64,000 bases of DNA from an uncultured Spirochaetota bacterium (GTDB lineage: Bacteria; Spirochaetota; Spirochaetia; SZUA-6; CAVTHK01). The stretch covers positions 352,001 to 416,000 of the forward strand of contig CAVTHK010000003.1 in assembly GCA_963734495.1 (NCBI GenBank), read 5' to 3'. This document shows, one piece after another, positions 9,649-19,165 of the stretch; within the stretch, counting starts at the first letter, position 1, and every line of letters begins with the position of its first letter. Made by a program: the position numbers and the translations under genes. Under the pieces are notes generated by a model. The model was not told where the DNA came from and did not search any database. It worked only from the letters and a program-made list of their open reading frames with translations.

Positions 9649-11589
9649 TTACTGAATGTACCACTGGTCGGCCATGAGGGGCAGGTGATCCTGTTCGTCG
9701 ATGCTGATCTGATCCGCCGGAGGCACGTTCTTGAGGCGATTGCTTACGATGATAACCAGAGGGACGTCGTTCGCCGCCCAGATCCCGAGGCCTTCGGACG
9801 CCCGCAGGCGCTGGTTTTCCGCCATGAGCTTCTGCGCCTGCGCCGGGTCGGTCGCCTGCAGGATCTGGTCCTTCAGGCTCCAGAGCTGCTTCAGGTCCTG
9901 CGGAGGATCCGCAACCTGGTCCGGTCCCGCCTGATACGCCGCATCGATCGGGCCCTCGGTCGTTCGGAACTCGGGGAAGATCACGCTGGTCGTTCCCCAG
10001 ACAACGGCATGAAACGTGCCGTTCGTGACCCCGTTGAACAGCAGCTGTCGGGTCTGAACGCCCAGACGGGCATCGAGGCCGATCTTCCGCCAGTAGTCAA
10101 CGACCATCTGCGCGAAATTGACATGAGCGTTGATCTCCGAAGCGGCGCCGAGGACGATCGTCACGTTGTCGCCGTTCGGATACTGCAGGATCCCGTCGTT
10201 GTCCAGATCCTTCAGACCGAGCTGCTGCAGGAGGTCCTTTGCTTTTTGAGGATCGTACTGGGCGTTGATCTGGGCAATCTGCGCCATCTCGTTGTCCCAG
10301 TAAGGCGACTTTGTGCTGATACCGATATTGGCGACCTTCGCCAGACCGAGAAAGATGTTCTTGTTGATGGCATTACGATCGAGCGCAAGGCTCAGCGCGT
10401 TGCGGAACTTGGGCGTGCGCAGCAGCTCTCGCAGTCGCGTGTACTTGGGGTCCTTGAGGTCATAGTCGAACCATATCTCGTTTCCATTCGTAAAGTTGTC
10501 GCCGACGGCGAGCGCGACCTTGTAGTTGCCCTTCTGTTCGCTCTGCTTGAGAATGGGGAGGTTCTGCAGCACTTGGAAGTTCCGCTCCGCCAGGTCCACC
10601 TGGCCGGCCATGCCCCGGAGCACCGCCGCCTCTTGAGAGCCAAGCATCGTGAATACCATCTTGTCGATGTACGGAAGCTGATTCCCCTTGGCATCCACTG
10701 CCCAGTAGTACGGGTTGCGCACGAGAACGGCCTCGGTGGCGGGGTCATACTTGCTCAGGATCCACGGCGAAGCTGTCGGCAAGTCCGGATTTGCCGGAGC
10801 GTACACCTTCTGGAAGTCTCGCCACGTGGCCTGCGGGTTGTTGTCCGGGCTGAACTTCTCGAGGTAGTGCTTGGGAGCCAGAAGCGCGCCGTACGGAGCA
10901 AGCGAGTTTGAGTAGAGTGCCGCCAGGAACCAGGGGTAGGGCCCGGCGAACTGGAAGTGCACCGTGAAATCGTCGACTTTCGTCACCTGCATCGGTTGAC
11001 CCTTGACGACGAACTGCGAGGGCACGGTCGGCTGGTAGTTCTTGTTCATCTGGACTTTGTTCCAGGTCCAGGTGATATCGTCGGCAGTGAGCGGAGCGCC
11101 GTCCGACCATTTGACTCCTTTCCGCAAGTAGACGGAGAGCCCCGTCGCGTTGGGGTCCCACTTCCAGTTTTCCGCGATCGCCGGGCTCCACCCTTCCATA
11201 CCGTTCTTGGAGATTCCCCCCATGTCGCGATATGTGCGGCCGATGAGCCCGCCGTACAGTGCCGTCTTGTACAGGACCCATTTGTCCGCGTCCCCCAGCT
11301 GGAAGCCCTGGAAGGTGCCGCCGTAAGTGCCGATCTTGTCCACCACCTTCTCGACGAACGGGTTCTGCGGCAGCCGCTGCTCGACCGGCGGCAGTTTGCC
11401 GGCGACGACCGCCTCATGGAGCATCGGCGCCTCCTGGTACTTGCCCGGAGCCGGCAACACCGATGGTTGGGTCGATCCCGCGGCGGATCCCGGCTTGTTC
11501 AGCTGTTCCTTTTGCCCTCCCGCGAACGCGCCTGCGCCCACAAAGGCGACAAACAGCACAACGCAGAGAGCCCAGTGTCTATGCGACAT
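9649..11589 (-). CDS. ABC substrate-binding protein, family 5 (peptide/oligosaccharide type)
   Basis: GGAGG RBS; signal ...AFAGGQKEQ; EAPML, LPPVEQRLP, IGTYGG, LRKGVKWSDGAP, RNPYYW, GNQLPYID. Confidence 0.9.
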   Translation of the reverse strand: MSHRHWALCVVLFVAFVGAGAFAGGQKEQLNKPGSAAGSTQPSVLPAPGKYQEAPMLHEAVVAGKLPPVEQRLPQNPFVEKVVDKIGTYGGTFQGFQLGDADKWVLYKTALYGGLIGRTYRDMGGISKNGMEGWSPAIAENWKWDPNATGLSVYLRKGVKWSDGAPLTADDITWTWNKVQMNKNYQPTVPSQFVVKGQPMQVTKVDDFTVHFQFAGPYPWFLAALYSNSLAPYGALLAPKHYLEKFSPDNNPQATWRDFQKVYAPANPDLPTASPWILSKYDPATEAVLVRNPYYWAVDAKGNQLPYIDKMVFTMLGSQEAAVLRGMAGQVDLAERNFQVLQNLPILKQSEQKGNYKVALAVGDNFTNGNEIWFDYDLKDPKYTRLRELLRTPKFRNALSLALDRNAINKNIFLGLAKVANIGISTKSPYWDNEMAQIAQINAQYDPQKAKDLLQQLGLKDLDNDGILQYPNGDNVTIVLGAASEINAHVNFAQMVVDYWRKIGLDARLGVQTRQLLFNGVTNGTFHAVVWGTTSVIFPEFRTTEGPIDAAYQAGPDQVADPPQDLKQLWSLKDQILQATDPAQAQKLMAENQRLRASEGLGIWAANDVPLVIIVSNRLKNVPPADQISIDEQDHLPLMADQWYIQ

Positions 11590-11737
11590 CCTCCTGCCTC
11601 CTCGGAGGTCTTTGATCTTCCGGATCAAAGCCTCAGTCTCACCGAGATTCGAGTCCCGTAGCCAGGCCATGTCCTTCGTTCGCGGCGCCTTCACCTCCCC
11701 GTCAGGCCCATGCTCAGTGGTGTCCCGTCGGCCATTC

Positions 11738-13135
11738 TCAGAATCCAGGCCGCGGCTGGGGCACAGCCCCTTCCCGGTTGAACCGCTCGCACTCGGCGGC
11801 GACCAGCGGGAGGAAATTTCCGCGGACCGAGTAGAGCCGGCCGCTCTTTACCATCACCTCGATACGAAGCGTGCGATTCTGCAGCGACGAAAGAGTCCGT
11901 CCACTCTCCCATCGTGGTGTCCACTCGGTCAAGTCGCCGGTGAACGGCTGGCAGTTCTCGAACGAGTAACCATCAATCCCGGTTCCCCTGTCGTCCGTGA
12001 CACGAACGCGGGCCTCGCCGCGTTGACTCTGCAGGTTGACCTGCAGCTCTCCGCCCTGCCAGAGGACCACACGTGTGCCAACCAGCCCGCGACCTCCCGT
12101 GCTCTCCAGATAGGCAAAGCCGTCCGGTCGGAGTCTGTGGACCGTCATGGATCCTGTGCCGTACTCGTTGTAGCCGTGCTCCCGGGTGCAGGCAGAGGAG
12201 TAGATCAGGATCGTACGATCCGCCGCGACTCGGAAGCTGGAGGGGTAGATGCATCCGTATGTTGGCGATTCCGGCGGTCCGTTGGGGAACAGTGGCTCGC
12301 GTATCGCTCTCTGGAAGTGCCATCCGTTGAGGCTGTAGGCCACCTGACAATCCACGTGGCCATCGTAGTACTTGTGCGGAGAATGGCCCTCGACCATCGG
12401 ATCGACGTGGTACAGCCACAAGAAACCGATGTAGTAGCCTTCGTACGGGAGAACAGGCATTCCATAGGGCTCGCACAGGGGTGTGTCCAGGCCGTCCGCC
12501 TGCAAGGCCAATTCCGGTTGCGTGAAATTCGACCAGTCTCTCGTCTCTATGAGCGCGATCCGTCTATCGGTCAATTCCGGTCGTGTGGTGAGCACGTATG
12601 AATTGCGCACGGAGTTCCAGAACGCGGCGACCCCGGGGTCCGGACCGCTTGCCTGCCACCGTACACCCTCCTTTTCCGTCCATCTGATGCCGTCGGGCGA
12701 GCACAGCAGCCTGGTCTCGAGGCGGTACCTCGACGCGTGGTGTACGACAAAGCCCTTCAGCCGTTCGCTCGCGGAGGCATGCGGATCCACATAGCAGGCC
12801 GGCCACTCGGTGAATCGGCGCAAGGGCAGGACTTGATTGGGGAGAATCCGGTCGGGAAGGCTCAGCTCGCGCGTCGTGTCCCGAGGAGAGAAGGCGACTC
12901 CGTCTTTGCTCTCGGCGAGCAACGCGACCCTCGTGCCGTCCTGTACCCACCCCTGATAGCTCAACCGAAACAGACCGGTCTCGGGATCCTGGAAGACGCC
13001 CGGGTACCCCCACGCCGTGTTTGCGTTCGGGTCCCGATAGACCGACTCCGGCAACAGGACAGGTGAACCGATTCTCCTCTCCATATTGAGTCGGAGATTC
13101 AGGCGCTGGTCGTCGAAGAAAAGCAGAGTGACCAT
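11738..13135 (-). CDS. Uncharacterised probable five-bladed beta-propeller glycoside-hydrolase-like protein
   Basis: Repeated S-x-D/N-G-x-x-W/F boxes (AESKDGVAF, SPDGIRW, SLNGWHF), YGMPVLPYEGYYIG, RLRPDGFAYL; GGAG RBS. Confidence 0.55.
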   Translation of the reverse strand: MVTLLFFDDQRLNLRLNMERRIGSPVLLPESVYRDPNANTAWGYPGVFQDPETGLFRLSYQGWVQDGTRVALLAESKDGVAFSPRDTTRELSLPDRILPNQVLPLRRFTEWPACYVDPHASASERLKGFVVHHASRYRLETRLLCSPDGIRWTEKEGVRWQASGPDPGVAAFWNSVRNSYVLTTRPELTDRRIALIETRDWSNFTQPELALQADGLDTPLCEPYGMPVLPYEGYYIGFLWLYHVDPMVEGHSPHKYYDGHVDCQVAYSLNGWHFQRAIREPLFPNGPPESPTYGCIYPSSFRVAADRTILIYSSACTREHGYNEYGTGSMTVHRLRPDGFAYLESTGGRGLVGTRVVLWQGGELQVNLQSQRGEARVRVTDDRGTGIDGYSFENCQPFTGDLTEWTPRWESGRTLSSLQNRTLRIEVMVKSGRLYSVRGNFLPLVAAECERFNREGAVPQPRPGF

Positions 13136-13164
13136 TTTGGCTCCTGCCTTCCGCGGTGGCCTGC

Positions 13165-13192
13165 ATTATACCCGGGAGACCGTAGCTGTCTA
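13165..13192 (-). promoter_or_regulatory. sigma70-type promoter for the island operon
   Basis: Minus strand TAGACA-N16-TATAAT about 30 nt upstream of the 13135 start. Confidence 0.6.
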
Positions 13193-13348
13193 CACTCCGC
13201 GTATTCGCACTACACGCACACGCTTGGGCGGCGTTGGTATGGGTTGTCGTCCACGGGGCCAGCCCGGATTTCTCATGAGGCTCTGGCGGAGAAATCTCGA
13301 CGATAGGAGCCGTCGCCGCCGCCGCCCGCGGCGCGTTATCTTCGGGCC

Positions 13349-14287
13349 GTGACGACCGGCATCCATCACATCACGGCGATCGCGGGGGACCCGCAGGCCA
13401 ACGTCGACTTCTACGTGGGCGTCCTCGGCCTGCGCCTGATCAAGCGGACCGTCAACTTCGACGACCCCGGCACCTGGCACCTCTACTACGGCGACGAGGC
13501 GGGGACGCCCGGAACGGTGCTCACCTTCTTCCCATGGGGAAGCCGGGCAGCCAAGGGCAGACCCGGCGCCGGCCAGAGCACGGGGGTGGCGTTCTCGGTG
13601 CCTCCGGAATCGCTGGACTTCTGGGGCCGGCGCCTCGAGAGCCGATCGCCCCGCGCGGTCGACATCGCCGGCGAGCGCTGCCTCGAGGTCGCCGACCCGG
13701 ACGGCATCCGCGTGCGGCTGGTCGCGGTCGCCGAGGACGCCCGGCCCGGCTGGGCCGAGAGCGGCATACCGCGGCTGCACGCCGTGCGCGGCTTCCATGC
13801 CGTGGAGCTGCGCCTGCGCAGCGCGGAGGCGACCGCTGCGCTGATGACCGGCGCGCTCGGCTTCCGCCAGGTCCCGGGCCGGGCGGCCGGCGGCGGCGCG
13901 GGCCGCCGGCTGCAGGCCGGCGCGGGCGGGTCCGGGGCGTTCGTCGACCTGGTTGAGGACGCCGAAGGCTCCGCGGGCCGCATGGGCGTGGGCGCCGTCC
14001 ACCACGTCGCCTGGCGGATCGCGGACGACGCGAAGCAGCTCACGCTGCGCGAGGCGCTGCTGCGGCGCGGGCTCGCGGTGAGCGACGTGCGCGATCGGCA
14101 GTACTTCCACTCCATCTACTTCGTCGAGCCGGGCGGCATCCTGTTCGAGGCCGCCACCGACGGGCCCGGCTTCGGTTTCGACGAGGAGCCTTCCCGTCTG
14201 GGGCGCGAGCTCAAGCTGCCGCCCTGGCTGGAGCCCGAGCGCGAGAAGATCGAGGGCGCCCTCGCGCCCGTGACCTTCCCCGGGTGA
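13349..14287 (+). CDS. Ring-cleaving dioxygenase/glyoxalase (MhqO/MhqA-like)
   Basis: GIHHITAIAGDPQ, KRTVNFDDP, GAVHHVAW, DRQYFHSIYF.EPGGILFE.ATDGPGF. Confidence 0.93.
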   Translation: MTTGIHHITAIAGDPQANVDFYVGVLGLRLIKRTVNFDDPGTWHLYYGDEAGTPGTVLTFFPWGSRAAKGRPGAGQSTGVAFSVPPESLDFWGRRLESRSPRAVDIAGERCLEVADPDGIRVRLVAVAEDARPGWAESGIPRLHAVRGFHAVELRLRSAEATAALMTGALGFRQVPGRAAGGGAGRRLQAGAGGSGAFVDLVEDAEGSAGRMGVGAVHHVAWRIADDAKQLTLREALLRRGLAVSDVRDRQYFHSIYFVEPGGILFEAATDGPGFGFDEEPSRLGRELKLPPWLEPEREKIEGALAPVTFPG

Positions 14288-14967
14288 GCGCCGGTGAGCG
14301 GACGGCCGTCGTGAGCGACCTGGTGCTCCGCGGCGAGCCTCTTGCCGCGGCCCGCGGGGCGTTGCTGATGCTCCACGGCCGCGGCGCGACGGCCGAAGAC
14401 ATCCTGGAGCTCGCGGAGGCGCTGCCGCGGGAAGGTTTCGCGTTTGCCGCCGCGCGGGCGCCCGCGGGCGCAGACAGCTGGTACCCCTACCGCTTTCTCG
14501 AGCCGCTGGAGAGGAACGAGCCCGCGCTCTCGCGTTCCCTCGCCCGCGTGGCCGAGTCGCTCGCCTGGCTCGCCGGGCGGGGGATGCCCGCGGAGCGCGT
14601 GATCCTGCTCGGCTTCTCGCAGGGAGCCTGCCTCGCCGCGGAGCTCGTGGCGCGATCGGCCGGCTCGGCGCCCGACGGGGCCCGCTACGGCGGCCTCGCC
14701 GTTCTCAGCGGGGGCCTGATCGGGCCGCCCGATCCCGGGCTGGAGCGCCGCTACACCGGCTCGCTGCGCGGCACGCCGGTCTTTGTCGGCTGCAGCGACG
14801 TGGACCCGCACATCCCGCTGGAGCGGGTCCACGAGACGGCCCGCATCTTTGGCGGCCTCGGCGCCGAGGTGACGGAGCGCGTCTACCCCGGGCTCGGCCA
14901 CGAGGTCAACGGCGACGAGATCGAGCGGATCGCGGCGATGATGCAGCGCGTGGCGGGCGGCAGGTAG
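14284..14967 (+). CDS. Phospholipase/carboxylesterase (MhqD-like alpha/beta hydrolase)
   Basis: LHGRG, GFSQGA nucleophile motif, DPHIP, GLGHEV; GTGA overlap. Confidence 0.9.
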   Translation: MSAGERTAVVSDLVLRGEPLAAARGALLMLHGRGATAEDILELAEALPREGFAFAAARAPAGADSWYPYRFLEPLERNEPALSRSLARVAESLAWLAGRGMPAERVILLGFSQGACLAAELVARSAGSAPDGARYGGLAVLSGGLIGPPDPGLERRYTGSLRGTPVFVGCSDVDPHIPLERVHETARIFGGLGAEVTERVYPGLGHEVNGDEIERIAAMMQRVAGGR

Positions 14968-15023
14968 GCCGGCGGCGGCCCTTCCGTAACCCTCGCTCGC
15001 CGTGTTAGCTTACGCCCGGCGCC

Positions 15024-15959
15024 ATGACACTCGAAGCCTTTGTGCTCGGAACCAGCGGAATGATGCCGCTGCCGGGCCGCCACCTCACCTCGGTGCTGCT
15101 GCGGCGCGAAGGGCAGCTCTTCCTCTTCGATTGCGGCGAAGGCACGCAGGTCTCGCTGCGCCGCCTGAACCTGCGCTGGAAGAAGATCTCCGTCATCTTC
15201 ATCAGCCATTCCCACGCCGACCACGTGACCGGGCTTCCCGGCATGCTGATGCTGTCCTCGCAGGTCGAGCGCGACGATCCCCTGCTGATCGTGGGCCCGC
15301 CGCGGACGCGGGAGTTCGTCGAGGCCAACCGGCGCATCCTCGACATGTACATCAACTACCCCATCGAGATCGTCGACGTGGACCCGCGCGCTCCTGAGGT
15401 CGTCTACGAGCAGGACGGCTTCCGCGTCCGCTCCCACCCCCTCAGCCACACCAAGCCGTGCGTCGCGTACACGCTCGAGGAGGACAAGCGCCCGGGCGAG
15501 TTCCACCCGGAGCGGGCCCAGGAGCTGGGCGTGCCGCGCGGCCCGCTGTGGTCGAAGCTCCAGGCCGGCGAACCCGTCCCGTCCAGCTCGGGCGCTCTCG
15601 TGAAGCCGGAGCAGGTGATGGGGCAGCCGCGGCCCGGCCGGAAATTCAGCTTCGTCACCGACACGGTCCCCGCCGCCGGGGTCGCGGAGTTCGTGGCGGG
15701 GAGCAACCTGTTCATCTGCGAGGGCATGTTCGAGCAGGAGCTGCTCGAGAGCGCCCGCGAGAAGAAGCACCTGACGGCCCGTCAGGCCGCGGAGATCGCC
15801 CGCGACGGGGGCGTGAAGAGCATGGGGCTCATCCACTACAGCCCCCGCTACGCCAAGCGCGAGCTGGACAAGCTGCTCGCCGAGGCGCAGGAGATCTTTC
15901 CCGCGACCTTCCTCAGCCGCGACGGCCAGAACATCCCGATCCCCTTCGAGGACGAGTAA
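15024..15959 (+). CDS. rnz: Ribonuclease Z
   Basis: LGTSG..P, FDCGEGTQ, HSHADH, flexible arm GVPRGPLW, VTDT, HYSPRY. Confidence 0.95.
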   Translation: MTLEAFVLGTSGMMPLPGRHLTSVLLRREGQLFLFDCGEGTQVSLRRLNLRWKKISVIFISHSHADHVTGLPGMLMLSSQVERDDPLLIVGPPRTREFVEANRRILDMYINYPIEIVDVDPRAPEVVYEQDGFRVRSHPLSHTKPCVAYTLEEDKRPGEFHPERAQELGVPRGPLWSKLQAGEPVPSSSGALVKPEQVMGQPRPGRKFSFVTDTVPAAGVAEFVAGSNLFICEGMFEQELLESAREKKHLTARQAAEIARDGGVKSMGLIHYSPRYAKRELDKLLAEAQEIFPATFLSRDGQNIPIPFEDE

Positions 15960-16107
15960 GAAACTGAAGGCTGCCGCCGGGGGGAGGCCGCTCCCGACCG
16001 CCGCGGGGAGGGGCTCCTCGGCCGCGCGCGGGAGTCCCGCATGGCGGGTGCCTTCCTTCATCTAATTCTTTATCCTGAAATTGGTTACTAGCAAAATCGG
16101 CTCGAGG

Positions 16108-16137
16108 TTGACGCCGGCCGGTCCGGGGGGGTAGACT
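16108..16137 (+). promoter_or_regulatory. sigma70-type promoter
   Basis: TTGACG-N18-TAGACT, preceded by an AT-rich tract (16060-16097). Confidence 0.6.
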
Positions 16138-16142
16138 CTCTG

Positions 16143-16310
16143 TGCGATCCGGCCGATCAACCGGCTGGACGCAAGAGACTCCCGCGTAAAGGGGGAGAGG
16201 CAAAAGCAGATGGATCGCAGCGAAGATCCTGGGAGTAGGACCTCCACCTAAGGCGCGGGAGCCGCCTCTCGTCTCCCGTGCCGGTCCCTCCCGACACAGG
16301 AGGCACGGAG
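16143..16310 (+). ncRNA. Candidate structured cis-regulatory 5' leader (riboswitch-like, family not recognised)
   Basis: P1 16143-50/16212-19 enclosing two hairpins; mutually exclusive downstream stems overlapping the AGGAGG RBS. Confidence 0.4.
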
Positions 16311-16985
16311 ATGAAGAGGCACAAGATCTTTGGGGACCCGTTCATCACGGGCGGGTTCATCACCAGTTTTTTCAGCGGATTCCTGTACCCGGTCTACGTG
16401 ACCCTCATCCTGGCGAAGCTCGACGCCCGCGTCATCGCGCTCGGGTCGATCCTGTCGGGAGGGTTCCCCGTCGTGATCGGGCTCGCGCTCGAGAACCGGC
16501 GGCTGCATGACTGGCTCTACACGGCGCTGCCCGCGATCATGGTGGGCGAGGTGGCGCTCGGGTTCCTCACCGTCTTCGTCGCCCGGGCCGACGTCGCGTC
16601 GTACTACGTCGTCACGATGCTCGTGCTCGGCGTGTTCACCTCCGCCGTGATGTACCTGCTGCAGCGGGTCAAGGAGAAGCGCTACCGCAGGGCGCGCGCC
16701 GCATTCGATCGCCGCTATGCCATGGCGGACGCCCTCGGGTTCCTCGCGGGCTCGGGCCTCAGCATGGTGGGCGTGCCGAAGATCGGCGACCCGCTCATCG
16801 TGGCCGCGGCCTTCGCGCTTCAGACCGCCGTCGTCTACTCGATGCTTCTGAGCGCGCGGAGCAGCCGCAGGACGCCTGCGCGCCGGGCGCTGCGCGCGGC
16901 CGACCGGTCGCGCGTCGGCGGGGTCCGCGTGGCCGAGGACCCGTTTCCATGGCGCCGCCCGATCCTCGCCGGAGTGGCAGCTTGA
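16311..16985 (+). CDS. Hypothetical membrane protein (~6 TM, half-MFS-like)
   Basis: AGGAGG RBS then ATG at 16311; several hydrophobic helices. Confidence 0.7.
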   Translation: MKRHKIFGDPFITGGFITSFFSGFLYPVYVTLILAKLDARVIALGSILSGGFPVVIGLALENRRLHDWLYTALPAIMVGEVALGFLTVFVARADVASYYVVTMLVLGVFTSAVMYLLQRVKEKRYRRARAAFDRRYAMADALGFLAGSGLSMVGVPKIGDPLIVAAAFALQTAVVYSMLLSARSSRRTPARRALRAADRSRVGGVRVAEDPFPWRRPILAGVAA

Positions 16986-17110
16986 TTCCCTGAAAGAGAT
17001 CTAGATCGGGCGCGGTCCGCCGCGCCCGGACGCTCCGAAGCGGCGCGAAGAACGGCCCGTCGAAAGGTCGACAGGAACGATATTGAAGGAAGGCCGCGGC
17101 CGCCCGTGCC

Positions 17111-18319
17111 TCAGCGGGCGGCCGCGGCTGAGGGGGCCGCAGGCGATGCGGTCGCGCGCCGCAGGGAGGCGGCGAGCAGGCGGATCAGCAGCACCGAAGC
17201 CGCGAGCACGATCGCCGCGACCACGGCGAACATCACGCGCAGGCCGGCCGCGGCCCCGATCACGCCGCCGAGCCAGGGGCCGCCGAACAAGCCGAGCGCG
17301 TACAGCGACTGGTGCATGCCCGCCGCCGTGCTGCGCTCGGCCTGGTCCACGCGACGGAGGGTGAGCCCCGTGAGCGTCGGGTAGCCGAGCCCCGTCGCTG
17401 CCTCGACGAGGGCGCCGGCGACGAACAGCGAAGCGAGCGACGGGGCGACCGCCGCCGTCGCGATGCCCGCGATCAGGACGCCGAAGGCGAGGCTCACGAG
17501 CGTGGCGGGAGGCAGCCTTCGCTCCAGCCACGTGCTCGCCACGTTCCCCGCCGTGTTGGACGCCATGGCGACGGTCACGAGCAGGCTCTTCGCGATGTCG
17601 CTTCCGCCGAAGGACGAGGCAAACAGCGGGATAAAGGTCATCGAGGAGGCCCACTCGCCGAAGACGAGCAGCGTCTGCAGCGCGCTCGGCAGGAGCACTT
17701 CGCGCCTGCGCGCCAGCGCCAGGATCGCGGAGAGCGAGATGCGCCGCGGGGCGCGGCGCTCGATCGGCATGACGAGCACGACCACGATCGCGGCGACGCT
17801 CGCCGCGGCGGCCAGCGCGAAGGCAAGGCTGTAGCCTCCCGCCTCGTTCAGCACTCCCGTGAGGCTCGTGGCCACCATCCGCCCGATCGACCCGGTGAGA
17901 TTCAGCAGGGAGGCGGCGAGGACCGCCCGCTCCGGCGCGAACAGGCCGCTGAAGATCGCCATCAGCGGCACCCACGTCGCCGCGGCGAGCCCGGTAAGGC
18001 TGCGCCCCACCGCGAGCCCGGCGACGGAGCGGCTCGCGCCCATCGCGGCCGCGCCCACCGCGGCCAGGAGAAACCCGCCGACGATGAACGGCTTGCCCCG
18101 GCCCGTGGCGTCCACCGCGATGCCGACAGGAAAGCGCGCCAGGACCTGCCACAGCCCGTACATCGAGAGCACGAGCCCCACGAGGGCGAGATCGCTCGTG
18201 CGCCGGCCGACGTAGGTCGGGAGCGTGGGCACGTACAGGTAGAGCGCGATCCAGTAGAGAACGTTCGCCGCGAGGAACAGGATCACGGTCGGCCTGCGGC
18301 GGGCCTGACCTTCGGACAT
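17111..18319 (-). CDS. MFS transporter
   Basis: About 12 hydrophobic segments; RFPVGIAVDATGRGK motif-A-like loop; YLYVPTLPTY. Confidence 0.9.
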   Translation of the reverse strand: MSEGQARRRPTVILFLAANVLYWIALYLYVPTLPTYVGRRTSDLALVGLVLSMYGLWQVLARFPVGIAVDATGRGKPFIVGGFLLAAVGAAAMGASRSVAGLAVGRSLTGLAAATWVPLMAIFSGLFAPERAVLAASLLNLTGSIGRMVATSLTGVLNEAGGYSLAFALAAAASVAAIVVVLVMPIERRAPRRISLSAILALARRREVLLPSALQTLLVFGEWASSMTFIPLFASSFGGSDIAKSLLVTVAMASNTAGNVASTWLERRLPPATLVSLAFGVLIAGIATAAVAPSLASLFVAGALVEAATGLGYPTLTGLTLRRVDQAERSTAAGMHQSLYALGLFGGPWLGGVIGAAAGLRVMFAVVAAIVLAASVLLIRLLAASLRRATASPAAPSAAAAR

Positions 18320-18377
18320 GGCCCGCACGCTACGCTCGGTCTCGACTTCGGTCAAGGCGCCTGCTATTCTCTCGCGG

Positions 18378-19106
18378 ATGGCAGACCGTTTCGAGGTGCT
18401 CGTGCTCGTTGCCAGGCCCGCCGCCGGGAAGAGCGAAGTCATCGATTACCTGCGCAGGACCCCTGAAAACGAGCGCCTCGCCCGTTTCCACATCGGCCGC
18501 TTCCGCGAGATCGACGACTTCCCGATGCTGTGGGCCTGGTTCGAGGAGGACGGGATCCTCGACGAGATGGCGCTGCCCCGCCTGCACACCGACGCGGACG
18601 GTTACTTCCGGCGCCGGGAGCTCTGGGACCTGCTCGTCCGCCGCATCGTCCTCGACTACCGCAAGCTGCTCGCCGAGGACCCGCGGCTGCACGACCACAC
18701 GACCGCGATCTTCGAGTTTTCCCGCGGGTCCGAGCATGGCGGCTACCGCAGCGCCTTCGCGTCGATCGATCCCGACGTGCTCGCGCGGGCCGCCGTGCTG
18801 TACATCGAGGTCTCGTACGCTGAGTCGCTGCGCAAGAACCGCGCGCGCTTCAACCCGGCAAAAGCGCATAGCATCCTCGAGCACGGCCTTCCCGACGCGA
18901 AGATGGAGCGCCTCTACCGCGACGACGACTGGCGGGAGCTCGCGTCGGGCGACGCCGGCCTGTTGCTGGTGGGAGAGGCGAGCGTCCCGTTCGCCGTGAT
19001 GCTGAACGAGGACGACGTGACGACAGCCCGCGGCGAGCCGCTCGGCCGCCGGCTCGAGGAGGCGCTGGGCCGGCTCTGGGCGCGCCGCGCCAACGTCCCC
19101 GGATGA
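18378..19106 (+). CDS. Hypothetical P-loop (nucleotide-kinase-like) protein
   Basis: N-terminal LVARPAAGKSE Walker A variant, IDDFP, FEFSRG, LYIEVSYAESLRKN. Confidence 0.7.
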   Translation: MADRFEVLVLVARPAAGKSEVIDYLRRTPENERLARFHIGRFREIDDFPMLWAWFEEDGILDEMALPRLHTDADGYFRRRELWDLLVRRIVLDYRKLLAEDPRLHDHTTAIFEFSRGSEHGGYRSAFASIDPDVLARAAVLYIEVSYAESLRKNRARFNPAKAHSILEHGLPDAKMERLYRDDDWRELASGDAGLLLVGEASVPFAVMLNEDDVTTARGEPLGRRLEEALGRLWARRANVPG

Positions 19107-19126
19107 CGGCGCTGTCAAAAAGACGC

Positions 19127-19155
19127 TTGATTGCTTGTCATAATGACACTATAGT
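19127..19155 (+). promoter_or_regulatory. sigma70-type promoter with a palindromic operator in the spacer
   Basis: TTGATT-N17-TATAGT; TGTCAT-A-ATGACA at 19136-19148. Confidence 0.55.
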
Positions 19156-19165
19156 CTGATTGAAA

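Noticed and set aside
11590-11694. 35-aa N-terminal extension of the SBP
   Set aside because: A GGAGG RBS and signal peptide support the ATG at 11589
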